Source: Chrysomallon squamiferum (Eukaryota > Animalia > Mollusca). Taken from it: 64,000 nt of DNA. Below the pieces are notes generated by a model. That model did no database searches. It was not told the DNA's origin and worked only from the letters and a program-made list of their open reading frames with translations. Each line of letters begins with the position of its first letter. The stretch's first letter is position 1. The stretch is from contig CM022678.1 in assembly GCA_012295275.1 (NCBI GenBank), positions 16,182,001-16,246,000 on the forward strand, read 5' to 3'. Made by a program: the position numbers and the translations under genes. This document shows, one piece after another, positions 40,107-51,000 of this stretch.

Positions 40107-41793
40107 TTTATTTATCTTAAAAAAGAAATATTTTTTTTTTTTCAGACGGTCCTTTCTGCTTCTGTCCGAACGCTAACAACAACACGTACTGGTGTTTGAG
40201 GACAGTAAACCAGACGCACAACTTCTTGTACTGCGAGTTCATCACCAACTTCATCAGCTACTACGACCTCAATCAGGACCCGCATCAGGTGAGTTCATTT
40301 AGCAGGGGTGTACATATTAGCAGGCTAAATCAGTCACCTACCCTTGTTTTGCCATTGGCATAGTTGAAATGGTGGGAGGCACAGACTGAAAAAGGTAAGC
40401 AGGGGCATATCTGAGTGTTTGTTTGTTTTCTGTTTTTGTTTTATAAAGGGCTCTGGAGTCTTGGCTGTGGGAAAAATACAGTTGGTTAGGAATGCCCCAT
40501 ATGAATTAATATCCGAACCATACTAAATACAAACTAGAGTTAATATATTCTAAATTAACATCCAAACCATCCTAGACAAAAACTTGAGTTACTATAATCT
40601 AAATTAACATCATAACCATCCTACACAGAAACTTAAGTTATCATAATCTAAACAAAGATGCAAGTTAATACATTTAATAAATTTACAATTTATTATCTAA
40701 ATTAACATTGAAACCAAGAACAGTATTTACAAGCTTGAATTATTATTATCTTAATAACAACCAACAAGAAGTTAGTTGTGTTATTTTCATGTTTGTCCGT
40801 GTTTGTTCATGGCATGTTTTTTAAATTCATAATTAAAAACAAAGGAAGAAAGAAACGATAAACACAAAATTATTGATTTATTAACTGGATCAAGATCATT
40901 AACAGAAGATGAGACCTAACGTTATACAGTAGTGTTTCTCTGTTTGGTTCCAGCTCAACAACGCTGTGCAGGATTTAAATTATGGAGTTTTACAACAACT
41001 ACACGAGCACTTGGCCTACATGAAAGCTTGCAAAGGAAGTCGTGGGTGCACACTTGGTCAAGGAAATCATAGAAGTAAAAGTAATATTTTTAAAATACTT
41101 AACCTTTAGTCTGTGTAATTCGTCTGATGTACAGGGAAATCATAGAAGTAAAAGTAATATTTTTAAAATACTTAACCTTTAGTCTGTGTAATTCATCTGA
41201 TGTACAGAGAAATCATAGAAGTAAAAGTAATATTTTTAAAATACTTAACCTTTAGTCTGTGTAATTCATCTGATGTACAGGGAAATCATAGAAGTAAAAG
41301 TAATATTTTTAAAATACTTAACCTTTAGTCTGTGTAATTCATCTGATGTACAGAGAAATCATAGAAGTAAAAGTAATATTTTTAAAATACTTAACCTTTA
41401 GTCTGTGTAATTCATCTGATGTACAGGGAAATCATAGAAGTAAAAGTAATATTTTAAAAATAGTTAACCTTTAATCTGATTATGTCACTTCAAATTTATA
41501 TATCTAAATTAATACTAATTCTTTAGTTTTACCTCATTGTATGGAAAATGTAATTTACCTATGACTGCGTTAATCTTTTAAATTATTTATCGTAATTTTT
41601 TTCTTTTTTTTTTCATTTTCATTCTCATTTATATTCATTATCACAGTATTCATGATTTTACTTGTACATCAGTTTTAATTTTTAATTTTTTTTTTCAGAA
41701 ACTTCAGATTCAGGAAGAAAGAAAGAGTTGAGAAAACAAGAACCCCTCAAAGAACGACACTTACCAATCGAAGATGTGGAAACTTTAGGTTGA
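25065..41793 (+). CDS. Sulf1: Extracellular heparan-sulfate 6-O-endosulfatase (Sulf1/Sulf2 family), about 838 aa (870 with cassette exon); two frame breaks as assembled
   Basis: Signal peptide, [12 protein letters not shown], formylglycine motif [11 protein letters not shown] (from 26119), [28 protein letters not shown], basic hydrophilic domain with furin-type site RNKR|S (33760-33774), C-terminal [19 protein letters not shown]. 17 phase-consistent exons plus cassette 38652-38747. Confidence 0.95.
26033..26272 (+). CDS. Sulf1: Sulf exon 2 (CCPSR active-site motif)
   Basis: TTCAG acceptor, G|GTACGT donor, phase 1-1. Confidence 0.96.
26747..26972 (+). CDS. Sulf1: Sulf exon 3 ([10 protein letters not shown]...YYPSR)
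   Basis: TTTCAG acceptor, CG|GTATGT donor. Confidence 0.96.
27489..27584 (+). CDS. Sulf1: Sulf exon 4 ([21 protein letters not shown]...)
   Basis: TTATAG acceptor, CA|GTAAGT donor. Confidence 0.95.
27581..28242 (+). repeat. 26-nt minisatellite, about 25 units, consensus ATCAGTAAGTCTAGTWCAAAAGRTAA
   Basis: GTAAGT at 27585, 27611, 27637 and onward; begins at the exon 4 donor. Confidence 0.95.
29289..29441 (+). CDS. Sulf1: Sulf exon 5 ([14 protein letters not shown]...[13 protein letters not shown]), frame break near 29399
   Basis: TTATAG acceptor, AAG|GTGTTG donor; 153 nt where the phases require 3n+1. Confidence 0.92.
29816..29991 (+). CDS. Sulf1: Sulf exon 6 ([27 protein letters not shown]...RGP)
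   Basis: TTCAG acceptor, TT|GTAAGT donor. Confidence 0.96.
30519..30647 (+). CDS. Sulf1: Sulf exon 7 ([17 protein letters not shown]...DGRSIL)
   Basis: TTGCAG acceptor, AA|GTAATA donor. Confidence 0.95.
31251..31316 (+). CDS. Sulf1: Sulf exon 8 ([22 protein letters not shown])
   Basis: TTTCAG acceptor, GG|GTTTGA donor. Confidence 0.9.
31768..31921 (+). CDS. Sulf1: Sulf exon 9 (start of hydrophilic domain)
   Basis: TTTCAG acceptor, CAA|GTAAGA donor. Confidence 0.92.
32088..32362. repeat. AT-rich minisatellite, about 35 nt x about 8 (GTGAATTATATT..TTATTAAATTATATTA)
   Basis: Directly visible. Confidence 0.85.
33010..33196 (+). CDS. Sulf1: Sulf exon 10 (KWFCTMQ...CDC...[10 protein letters not shown])
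   Basis: CTTCAG acceptor; donor after 33196 or, in frame, after 33202. Confidence 0.9.
33740..33847 (+). CDS. Sulf1: Sulf exon 11 ([10 protein letters not shown] furin-type site)
   Basis: TTTCAG acceptor, G|GTAAAG donor, phase 1-1. Confidence 0.85.
34223..34377 (+). CDS. Sulf1: Sulf exon 12 ([17 protein letters not shown]...AWKNHK...)
   Basis: TTTCAG acceptor, AGG|GTAAAT donor. Confidence 0.93.
34471..35035 (+). mobile_element. Tigger/pogo-type non-autonomous DNA transposon (MITE) in Sulf intron 12
   Basis: TA target duplication both sides; 23-nt TIRs CAATGGAACCTTGGGTTAAGAAC / CAGTGAAACCGTGGGTTATGAAC (19/23 match); internal [14 protein letters not shown] start-like remnant near 34844. Confidence 0.8.
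36163..36278 (+). CDS. Sulf1: Sulf exon 13 ([11 protein letters not shown]...DCNCD)
   Basis: TTTCAG acceptor, AG|GTAAAA donor. Confidence 0.92.
37110..37274 (+). CDS. Sulf1: Sulf exon 14 (basic cluster, then [18 protein letters not shown]), internal frame break, GC donor
   Basis: CCGCAG acceptor, AAG|GCAAGT donor; 165 nt where the phases require 3n+2. Confidence 0.88.
38652..38747 (+). CDS. Sulf1: Sulf cassette exon 14b ([32 protein letters not shown])
   Basis: TTTTTAAG acceptor, T|GTAAGG donor, 96 nt, phase 1-1, no stop. Confidence 0.8.
39640..40120. repeat. (ATT)n/(ATC)n degenerate trinucleotide tract
   Basis: Directly visible; source of spurious poly-Ile/Leu ORFs. Confidence 0.9.
40146..40288 (+). 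CDS. Sulf1: Sulf exon 15 ([31 protein letters not shown]...DPHQ)
   Basis: T-tract CAG acceptor, CAG|GTGAGT donor. Confidence 0.96.
40954..41074 (+). CDS. Sulf1: Sulf exon 16 (LNNAVQDL...ACKGSRGC...)
   Basis: TTCCAG acceptor; donor after 41074 or, in frame, after 41080. Confidence 0.9.
41062..41480 (+). repeat. 73-nt tandem repeat, about 5.7 near-identical copies spanning the exon 16 donor
   Basis: Unit starts at 41062, 41135, 41208, 41281, 41354 and 41427. Confidence 0.97.
41699..41793 (+). CDS. Sulf1: Sulf terminal exon ([16 protein letters not shown]...ETLG-stop)
   Basis: T-tract CAG acceptor, phase 1, TGA at 41791-41793. Confidence 0.85.
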
Positions 41794-41904
41794 ATGACGA
41801 TTTAAGTCAAACAACAGTGTCATTGCTTCTGTTGTGCATTTATCAATTTGGTGCTGGATTATGTTAACTTTCAAAGCATAACAAACACAACTCTGGTTAC
41901 AAAC

Positions 41905-42215
41905 TGATGGTGCTTTTCAAATAGTCTCTTTTAAACTTCAAATCAAAGAAAAAAGATTTTAATTCCATCAGAGGAAAAAAAAAAAGAAAACTTTTACTTA
42001 ACAGTTATGATGGAAAGAAGTATTATGGTGCTTTTCAAATAGTCTTAAACTTCAAATCAAAAGAAAAAAGATTTTAATCAAAGGAAAAATAAGAAAGATT
42101 TTACTTAACATTTATGATGGTGCTTTTCAAATAGTCTTTTAAACTTCAAATTCAAATCAAAAGAAAAAAAGATTTTAATCAAAGGAAAAAAGAAAAAGTT
42201 TATTTAACATTTTGA
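41905..42215 (+). repeat. Three tandem copies of a 90-120 nt unit in the Sulf 3' UTR
   Basis: ATGGTGCTTTTCAAATAGTCT...AAACTTCAAAT near 41907, 42025 and 42117. Confidence 0.85.
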
Positions 42216-45200
42216 TGAAAGAAATGTAACGAAGATAATGCTGGTCAAAAATTGACAGTGATTTTTACATTTTTTGTTTTCCTTTAAACCAGGCAAGAAA
42301 AACAGATTATTAATTTGCATTTTGATGTCATGAACAAAGCATTTGTCATCCATTGGAAGTGTTTTTGAAAGATTTTTATTTTGATGAAAAGGAACTACTC
42401 TTTTCTAAATTGACATATATCTTCTGTATTTTGATATTGGTTATTATGTGTAAGAAAAAAACAAAAACAGTTGGATTCGATCTCACAGAAGATGGATGTT
42501 TATAAGAATATGATTCATGTGTAATTTATGTTACTGGGTGAAATGCAGAAAGAATGTATTGTAATATTTTCCTGTACAGGCATTATGAGCCTTTTGTGTT
42601 CAGCTGATTTGTACTAACATCTTTGATTACTTAAGAAATATGTGAATCTTTGCTTTTGGTAAAAAGATGTGAAATGTTTAGTTTAGGTAAAACAGGGCAT
42701 AAATATTTTTTTAGTATATACAAATAATGTGTGAAAGGTGTACATTATTTTTGTGTCTCTAAAAATCATAAAATTGCATTAATAACTTTTAAAATGTTTA
42801 AAAATGTGAGAGAAGACATACATTTTTAGTTCATTTTAAATAAAATAAAAATATACTGAGAACTTTTAATTATATAAAAAAATATGAATTTCTAGTTTTA
42901 AAAAACATTAAAAGCTGACAGTAGGAAAAAGACTTAAAACATTTCAATATTTTTGAAATAAAAATTAGATAATTTTCATATAAAAATCTAAAAAGGATAT
43001 TAAAAAATATTATTTATAAATGATTTCAGTGTAGGTAAAAAAGAAAAAGACATTAATAATTGTTATTGTATGTAAAAACTTAAACCTTTTTAGTGGCCCT
43101 GAAATCCAAATAACATTAACAGACTTAAGTTTCCTTTTGTATCTGTATGAACTAATGTGTAAGATTGATGTGAATGAATGTTCATAGATATCATGATGAA
43201 AATTCTAAGCAATCAGTCAATATATTGTTTAATGATTATATTCATTAAATGAATGAATACTGAGCAGAAATATACAAAATTCGATTTTTATTTGTTTTAA
43301 TTTTAAACTGATCAGATATTATTAAATTAATCGCATAAGAATTTGCTTAATGCATATTGAGGAAAGTTAACAAGAAATAATACTAATTTACAATAAGTTT
43401 TAAAAGTCACCTTTTAGTATTTATATTCTTTTTAAATGTTAATAAATATTCAAGACACTTCATCCTATCTACAATAGTCAAATATGAAAGTCAAAAGAAG
43501 TATTATTGGTATTTTTAAAACGGTCACATTTTCGAAGTAATTCTTTATTAAAATTTGGTTGTGAAATTTCTGTTTCTTATTAAGAATTTCTTACAGTGAA
43601 AACGAGCATACTGAGACAAAGTTAATGAATATTCAAAGTCTTAATGAATATTCATGTAGTTGTGTAGTAAGATGTATTTTATGAGATACTGCCCTATTGA
43701 TGTGCTTGTTGCTTGATATTACAAAGTGTTCAGATTAATAGTTCAGCATCCATCCTATCTACACTGATCTCTTTGTCATATGAACTAAGTGTATTGTTGT
43801 TATTATGTATTATATTTGCTGTATATTTGTTTTGCTTTGTATAGAAAACATGTTTGTTAGATCTTCAAAATGCTGTCATGTAATTCATTTTTCAAAACGA
43901 AAAAGAAGACTTAAAATAACCCCAGGGTATTAAAAAACATGGCTAATGTTAATTACAGCAAAGTGTTTATAAATAAATAAATTGTTTTTAGTCTGAACAA
44001 TACTTCTCATCATTATTCATAGTTATTCATTTATCTTTCATTCAGTATTTTATTAATTGCTGAAGATAATGTGATAAACAAATAATATTAATTAGAAATT
44101 TTGATATTCATGTTTTATATTATGATTTCAGTTACAACTTTTTTGTTCGTATTTATTTTTTTCTAATGCCATTAATTTTCATATTGTTTTCATTTAAAAG
44201 AGTTGATATTGTTTTTGTAAACTGGAATCATTATTCTCTCTCCATTATTCATTTTCAGCCATTCAGTGATTGATTCTGTTAGCTTGGTATTTGCTTTCAG
44301 TTATTATTTTTTGGCTAATACACTTTCATTAATGCACAGGTTTTCAGTTTTTAAATATTTATTAAAAAAAAAAAAAAAAAAAATGATGCGTTTTTGTTAT
44401 TCATTGCATGTTGGGATTTTTGAATCATTAAAATATAGTTGGTTTTTTTAATTTTTAATTTTCTTTTTCTTTTTTATTTTTTTGCGATCTATGGGAAGGA
44501 ATATATTAAAGTTATGTCCAACGCAGTGAATTTTTTTCTATCTCGTTTAAATGACGAACATTTCAACGGATATCATTCCATAATCTGTATTAAAATGTGT
44601 TGAATGACTTGTTGATTAAAAATCTGATTACTTTTAAAGAAAAATTATTCTATCATCTGATGTTATCATTTTTTGCTACATCCCTGTTTACTTTTATCGT
44701 TAGTGATGGTTTAACATATTAATATGTGTAAACGATTTTTATTTTATTTTTTTTTTAAATTTTTATTGTCGAGTAAAGAAGGGATTTTTTTTATATATTT
44801 TTTTTTCTCTCTCTCCACAGTTCACTCTAACTGTTGGTTCGGAAACATTTACTGGCATCATTACTTTTTGATACGTCTGCCATGAAACACGTGATCACTG
44901 AGACATCTCCATTAGATTACTTTATTCTCCCTTCATTTTATAGAAATTTGTATGTGATTAATATTAGAATATATTCAACAGCCCAGTACAGTTCACAAAG
45001 TGTAATAAAACTTTAAATTAACTTTCCTCTTCATTGATACCATATGCCTTAATGCTTATTTATTTTCATATTTCTTTACATTCTCAAAACAAAATTTTAT
45101 TGTTTTTTTTTTAAATCGACTATTTTGCCAAAATTTTAAATAAATAAATTGTAACAAAGCAAAAGTAGAAATGGATTCAATAATGCGAATTGGTTCGATC

Positions 45201-45875
45201 TTTTTCGTGGGGATATTTTCAACTTCAACAAAAGATTTCTTAGAGAATTACGTTTTCAACATGGTTTTCGTGGTTATGGCCCGCGAAGTCGAGAACATCT
45301 TTAAATGATCTTAAAATTGTGTCTTCTTAGCGGGAGAAGTTGAAATGTACCAGTGAGGATCTGTTGATGTCCCGGTACTCATTAATTGCTGTTTACCTGG
45401 TTGACGGTGTGCGCAGGCAAAAGGTAACAACGAGACGATATTATAAAGTAGCTATTACTACTACTATTACTATTACTACAATTCAGTTCAGTTTATTTAT
45501 TTGCCAAAGTCAGCAGGACCATAAACACAAGACAGGCAAAAATACAGTAATAAAACAGAAATAGTTGTGTAATAGATTACAGTATCCAAACACAGGAATA
45601 AAACAATTAAACGTAAGAATTAAGATAATAAAAATATTAACATATAGTTTGTTATATATATGCAGTAAAAAATTAAATTACATATTAATCAAGATTCCTT
45701 AAAGGTTATTTATATTTTTTGAAGACAAAAGAATGATTATGCTGAAAGTGGAGGGTCTTGTATACAAATATTTCTTTAAATATCATTATAAAATAAACAT
45801 TTTGATGCAAAATGGAATTCATCTTCAATGCCTCCACTGACTCACACACACTCACATAAAAAAAAAAAAAACCAC

Positions 45876-45945
45876 ACCAATGGGTCCACTAAGAAGGTTC
45901 GATCCTATATGTCAAGTATCCCACTAGAAAGGCTCTACCGTAAAC
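45876..45945 (-). mobile_element. Degenerate tRNA-derived SINE head
   Basis: Minus strand reads GGTAGAGC...GGATCGAACC...AGTGGACCCATTGG (A-box/B-box-like); a similar remnant lies on + near 61463-61487. Confidence 0.4.
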
Positions 45946-46639
45946 ACAGTACCTGCAGAACTGGCGTCGGATGCTGTGGCGTGTTACAGACGCTATTCCG
46001 AGCAATATAAAATGTTCTTCTACTGCCTCACTAAATTCGCCATTCTAACCTTCGCAAGCTAACGCTGATATCTTAAGACAGTAATCAGTTATTCACTACA
46101 CATACATACATACATACATTCATAATGACCAAACAGTATATTTTATTGTTTAATTGAATTTAGCTAAATCGTAGGTTCTGTTTTCAGAAACTGTTTATGT
46201 TTTTGTCATTAAAATAATTGTTGTGCTAACGATAGTATTAATCGTAGCAGCAGTTGTTTGTTTATCTATTTTTGACACAGTTTCCTGGAATAACACGAAT
46301 GTTCAATGATGTTCTGAATGGCCAAAAACGGCAGGAATCCAAGTTGTGAATATTTCTGGACAATCAGCTGTCCTAGGCTATTACGACGCATGGAGATGGT
46401 TGATAGGTACAAGAGTTGATATCCTTAATTAATTTTGTTTCTTGGCTTTAACATATTCTATTTCTTTGTTTCATGTTTTTTCTTGGTAACCTTACTATTG
46501 CAGTTATTATTGTTGTTTTAGTAAACGATGTTGCCGTTTATATTTTGTTTTTAGCATTGCTCATTATAATTATTACGTTCCAAAAAAAAAAAAAGAAAAG
46601 AAAAAAAAAGTTCTTACACACAACAACACATACATACAA

Positions 46640-46696
<57 letters not shown>

Positions 46697-47823
46697 TACA
46701 TACATACTTGAACGCACGCATACATACATAAAAGTCATATTATTGTATGTTTTATGTATTTTTTATTTAATATTCTTCTTATAATTCTGTACTTCTTTTA
46801 TTGTTACTGTTGACCATCGATTTCACGGACGTGGTTTTTAAAATTAGAATTTCCCCATGTTTCCCACGCAGACCTTCTTTAGTTACTTTAAAGTTATTCT
46901 GTGTTCCACTATACGATCATGCAACCCTCGCTCAACCCTTTTTCCATCAAGGAAAGTGCAAATTTTACAACTGCTCCCATAACCACCCTAATCTAACAAA
47001 CTTCACCAAGACTAGCCTACATGTTTTACTGTACTTGTATGACATTTGTTTTTCACCGTTTTTATATCTCTGTATTGTTCTTACGTTACTATGTTATTAT
47101 ATTACATTGCCGCCATGTTTAATGTTTCAATACATTTTTGGGGTTAATGATTACATTCGCAATTTCCCAGATGCTCCCATTATCAGTCTGTAATTCTGAG
47201 TCACGTTTTAAACATTGTTTCTCTCTTCATATTAACAGGTTATTTTTCTATTTCATAACGTTGTCCGTTTTCTTATTTATCTATTTCACATTTTATTAAA
47301 TATTATTCAATGGTTGCTTTCTGTTATTGTTATCTTTACTTCTTTTCTTTTTTTCCATTATATTCATCTCTGTTTCATGTATTAATCTTTATTTATGTAG
47401 TTTACTTTTTGTGTTTATTCCTCAGATTATTTTACAATAAACTTGTCTGTTTATTCAGTATGAATACCTTCGATATAACAGTTTTTGTCCATTTTGAATC
47501 TACACACCTCATTAACATAAACCAATGTAACCCACGATGTACAGTGTACCTTTATTCTGTGCTGATGAGAAGTAAGAGCCTGACGTGTCTTGGCAATTTC
47601 TTCACAAATATGAAATACAAAGCAATGGACTGTTAAAATGTCAAAAAACTGTACAAAGGCTATATTTCTAATGGTGTGCATTGTGCAGTGAAGGAAAAAA
47701 TGTATCAATCGTTTGCTTTTAACAAATGTAAAATTCCATAAAATATTAAAGCTTTAGATGGGTAATGACTGTGACAGTGATAGGAATATAAGCCACAAGA
47801 AAACTTTCGCTATTTATCATACT

Positions 47824-48010
47824 TGCACACCCTATCACTCACACTGTCACTGGTAAACTACTGCGCAGTCTGCACACCCTATCACTCACACTGTCACTGG
47901 TAAACTACTGCGCAGTCTGCACACCCTATCACTCACACTGTCACTGGTAAACTACTGCGCAGTCTGCACACCCTACCACTCATACTGTCACTGGTAAACT
48001 ACAGCGCAGC
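47824..48010. repeat. 47-nt minisatellite x4 (TGCACACCCTATCACTCACACTGTCACTGGTAAACTACTGCGCAGTC)
   Basis: Units at 47824, 47871, 47918 and 47965; first three identical. Confidence 0.97.
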
Positions 48011-48224
48011 CTTGAGCAGCCGAGCTTGCTCATCAGCCAAAACTCGTTTCGAATATAAAATCTTCTTCCGGGCAACGGCAATTTCTTACTGGATAGCTTT
48101 CCGCTCTTAATATAATCAATTTTTTATCATCACAAATATCTGCCTAGATCCTAGAATTTGGATTGGCACACCTAACCATATCTAACCACACCCCTTCAGA
48201 ATCACTGGATGATCTGATTGATCG

Positions 48225-48340
48225 CGTATGTACTATCCTGTCTACTGGATGGTAGCTATAACAGTTTTGTTGCTGCAAATAGGAAGGAGTAGCCCATAAA
48301 GTGAGGTAAGCGGGTTACTTCTGTCATTATCTGAGCTTAT
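48225..48340 (+). mobile_element. SINE central-domain fragment
   Basis: TGTACTATCCTGTCT..GGATGG...TTGCTGC..ATAGGAAGGAGTAGCCCAT...AGCGGGTT resembles, from memory, the core of gastropod tRNA-SINEs; not searched. Confidence 0.4.
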
Positions 48341-49464
48341 AGGCCAATACACTCATCAATAAAGAGAATTTAGTTTGCCTTTAAATGAACCATTTTCTCC
48401 TTTCCTTATTTCATCATCATCATCATCGTCTTAATCATTAATAATCCTAGTTCATGGGGTGGGTGTTTCCTGTATTTTATTCTGCTGATTTCGCTTGTCA
48501 GTCAATTTGATTTGTGTTTTGTTTTTCCCATTCCAGGAAACAAGTACATACACCTGCTGGCACGTGACAGAACATTTGAAATTGAGATAAATTTTAAGGA
48601 CTCTGATGGTAATCAAATACGATTTATTTTTTATAACCTGAATTTTTATTTCTTTTTCTGTGCAGTTCATTGTTTTTTATAGCAATGGTGCAACCCCGAA
48701 AAAACTACCTGAAAATTGTTAAATTTAACATTACAGAATGGCGCTTGTAAAGCAGATAGTATCATTATACACGAAATATCTCTCTCTGCATGCCTCTCTC
48801 ACTCAAACTGGCGCCTCTTTTCACTGCACACACACACACACACACACACCAAATGCACGCAGCAGAGTTCTAAATTGCGTACTGAAAATTATAATATAAA
48901 TCGAGTTTATTTAAATCTGAAAACATAAGACGTTAGTTAATAAATAAATAAAGTTAGTATCATTGCTTTCAAGAATTTAAAGATTATTAATAAAACAAAC
49001 ATTAGCTTTTAAAATTAATAAAACAATATTAAGATGTTTAATCATTAGTATTTTTGCTAATGTTACTTTCAATATTAATATTAAAATTTAATAATTGACA
49101 TTATTACTGAAGTAGTCAAACATTATCATTAAAAGGTTAATTCATTATTAAATATATAATCTTTTTTTTTACTGTCAGTGTTAATGTTAAACACGTCATT
49201 CACTTTACTGTTTAACGTTTTAAAAATCAAGCAAAATCTTTATATAATTATTATGACAGAACCTGTCTTTATAAGATGTATGTCGTCATAAAATCATCTA
49301 CAAGTTGTTTACATCCTGAAGACTTTCAGGTTTATATTCCGGGTCTGGAATCTCCGGGTCTTCTGGTTGGGGTGGGTTCGGGTTATCTGATGTGCTCACT
49401 ACTCGAACTGAAGGAGGTCTGGATGGTCCCAAACCCACACCAGAACAAAACCCACCTAAAATGT

Positions 49465-49517
<53 letters not shown>

Positions 49518-50462
49518 GTGTTTAAAGGAATATATTTTAAGAAAAAGGCATTCACGACGTTTTGTTTACAAATTATTTTGTCGATAATAATCATTGTCAA
49601 AAATCGCAAATTACGAAACCAGGAAGATGGAAGTAGAAGAAATAAATGAAAACAACTGATTTAAAATTGAGCTGAAAAGAAGAGTAAGCTGATGAACTGG
49701 TACAATGAATTCATTTACATAAACATACAAAAGAAAGAAACAAAATGAATATAAAAATAAAATAAGATAAAATATAATAATAAAAATAATAATAATAATA
49801 ATTTAAATGACGTAGTTATTTTTATAATTAACACGATGCCTTTGCTCCACAGAAAATTGCATTTGCGCTAATCTGGCCAATGAAGAAATAAAATAGTCTG
49901 TGTCAACTCACAGAAGCATAAAACTTTGATACCTGGTGAAACAACACGCGGGTCTTCTGGTCGGGGTGGGTTTCGTTTATCTGATGTGTTGGCTACTGGA
50001 ACAGGAGGACTGGATGGTCGCAAGACCGAGCATTTAATAAAAGTTTTATTAATAGAGACGTCACCAAGTTTCAAGTGTCTTCAGTTTACATATCTTACGT
50101 AGATAAAAGATAAATATTTATCCAGATCGAAATTACTTTAAACCTACCTATTATGTTTTCATACCTACATGCTTCATCGGAAATTCCGTATGATGTTACA
50201 TGTACTATTATTATTATTAATTTTGTGTTTATTTATATTTTTGTTTATACTTAATATACAAAAAAAATTACTTGTGTTTCAGTAAATACATTTCCAAGGA
50301 AAAATTATTAAAAAAATGTTTTAGAACTAAGCAAGAAGATCAACAGGAAATTGTAATGTTAGAGTGAACACCCCAGGACAAATAGCTAAACGTCTGTCAG
50401 TAGATTGATTTCTTTTTTTTCTTCTTTTTTTTTCTTCAAAAATCCAATTGGGTATATTTCAG

Positions 50463-51000
50463 GTACTTCATTCCCAAAGGTTTCGGGAAAAGCCACTGAG
50501 GCCTTGGCTTATTGCTCTGGCCATACAGGGAACTGAGAGATGTGGACTTCACATGAGCTAAAGGTTTAATAAGGAAATTAAATGAAAGAATTTGTGATTG
50601 CAAATGATTATGAATCAAACACTACAACCATATAGCCAATTCTGTTAACACCATCGAACCATACTCCGATTATTATATTTCCAAATCTGTCGCAACAGCC
50701 TTTCAGATAATTCTTAGTGACTTGAGAGATGACAATTACATTGCTTTGGACTATGTTGATTTACTAAATGAATGTAATGAAATCAAGTTAGAAGTGAGTG
50801 CTGATCAAATAATGGAAGTGAGTTGGAAAAACGGGTCCAGTGACTATAAAAAACATTTATAGATTTCAAGCAGGTAGGATTACAGCATCAAATGACAAGG
50901 CTGTTTGTAATAGCTCCAGCTAAATCTTCACGGAGTTTAATAAAGGGAATCTGTTACCCAGAAAAAACAACATGTTTCATCATCAGATCCAAATGTGACA
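50463..51000 (+). pseudogene. Decayed SWIM zinc-finger / YqaJ (lambda-exonuclease-like) transposon gene fragment, copy 1
   Basis: After a TTTCAG acceptor: VLHSQRFREKPLRPWLIA; near 50862-50965 RFQAGRITASN..AVC / SRSLIKGICYPEK, with stops and frameshifts. Confidence 0.7.

Noticed and set aside
45876-45945. tRNA gene
   Set aside because: Only A/B-box-like remnants, no cloverleaf; better explained as a SINE head.
46801-47708. ORFs of 130, 108 and 85 aa as a possible LINE fragment or gene
   Set aside because: No recognisable domain motifs and no consistent splice structure.
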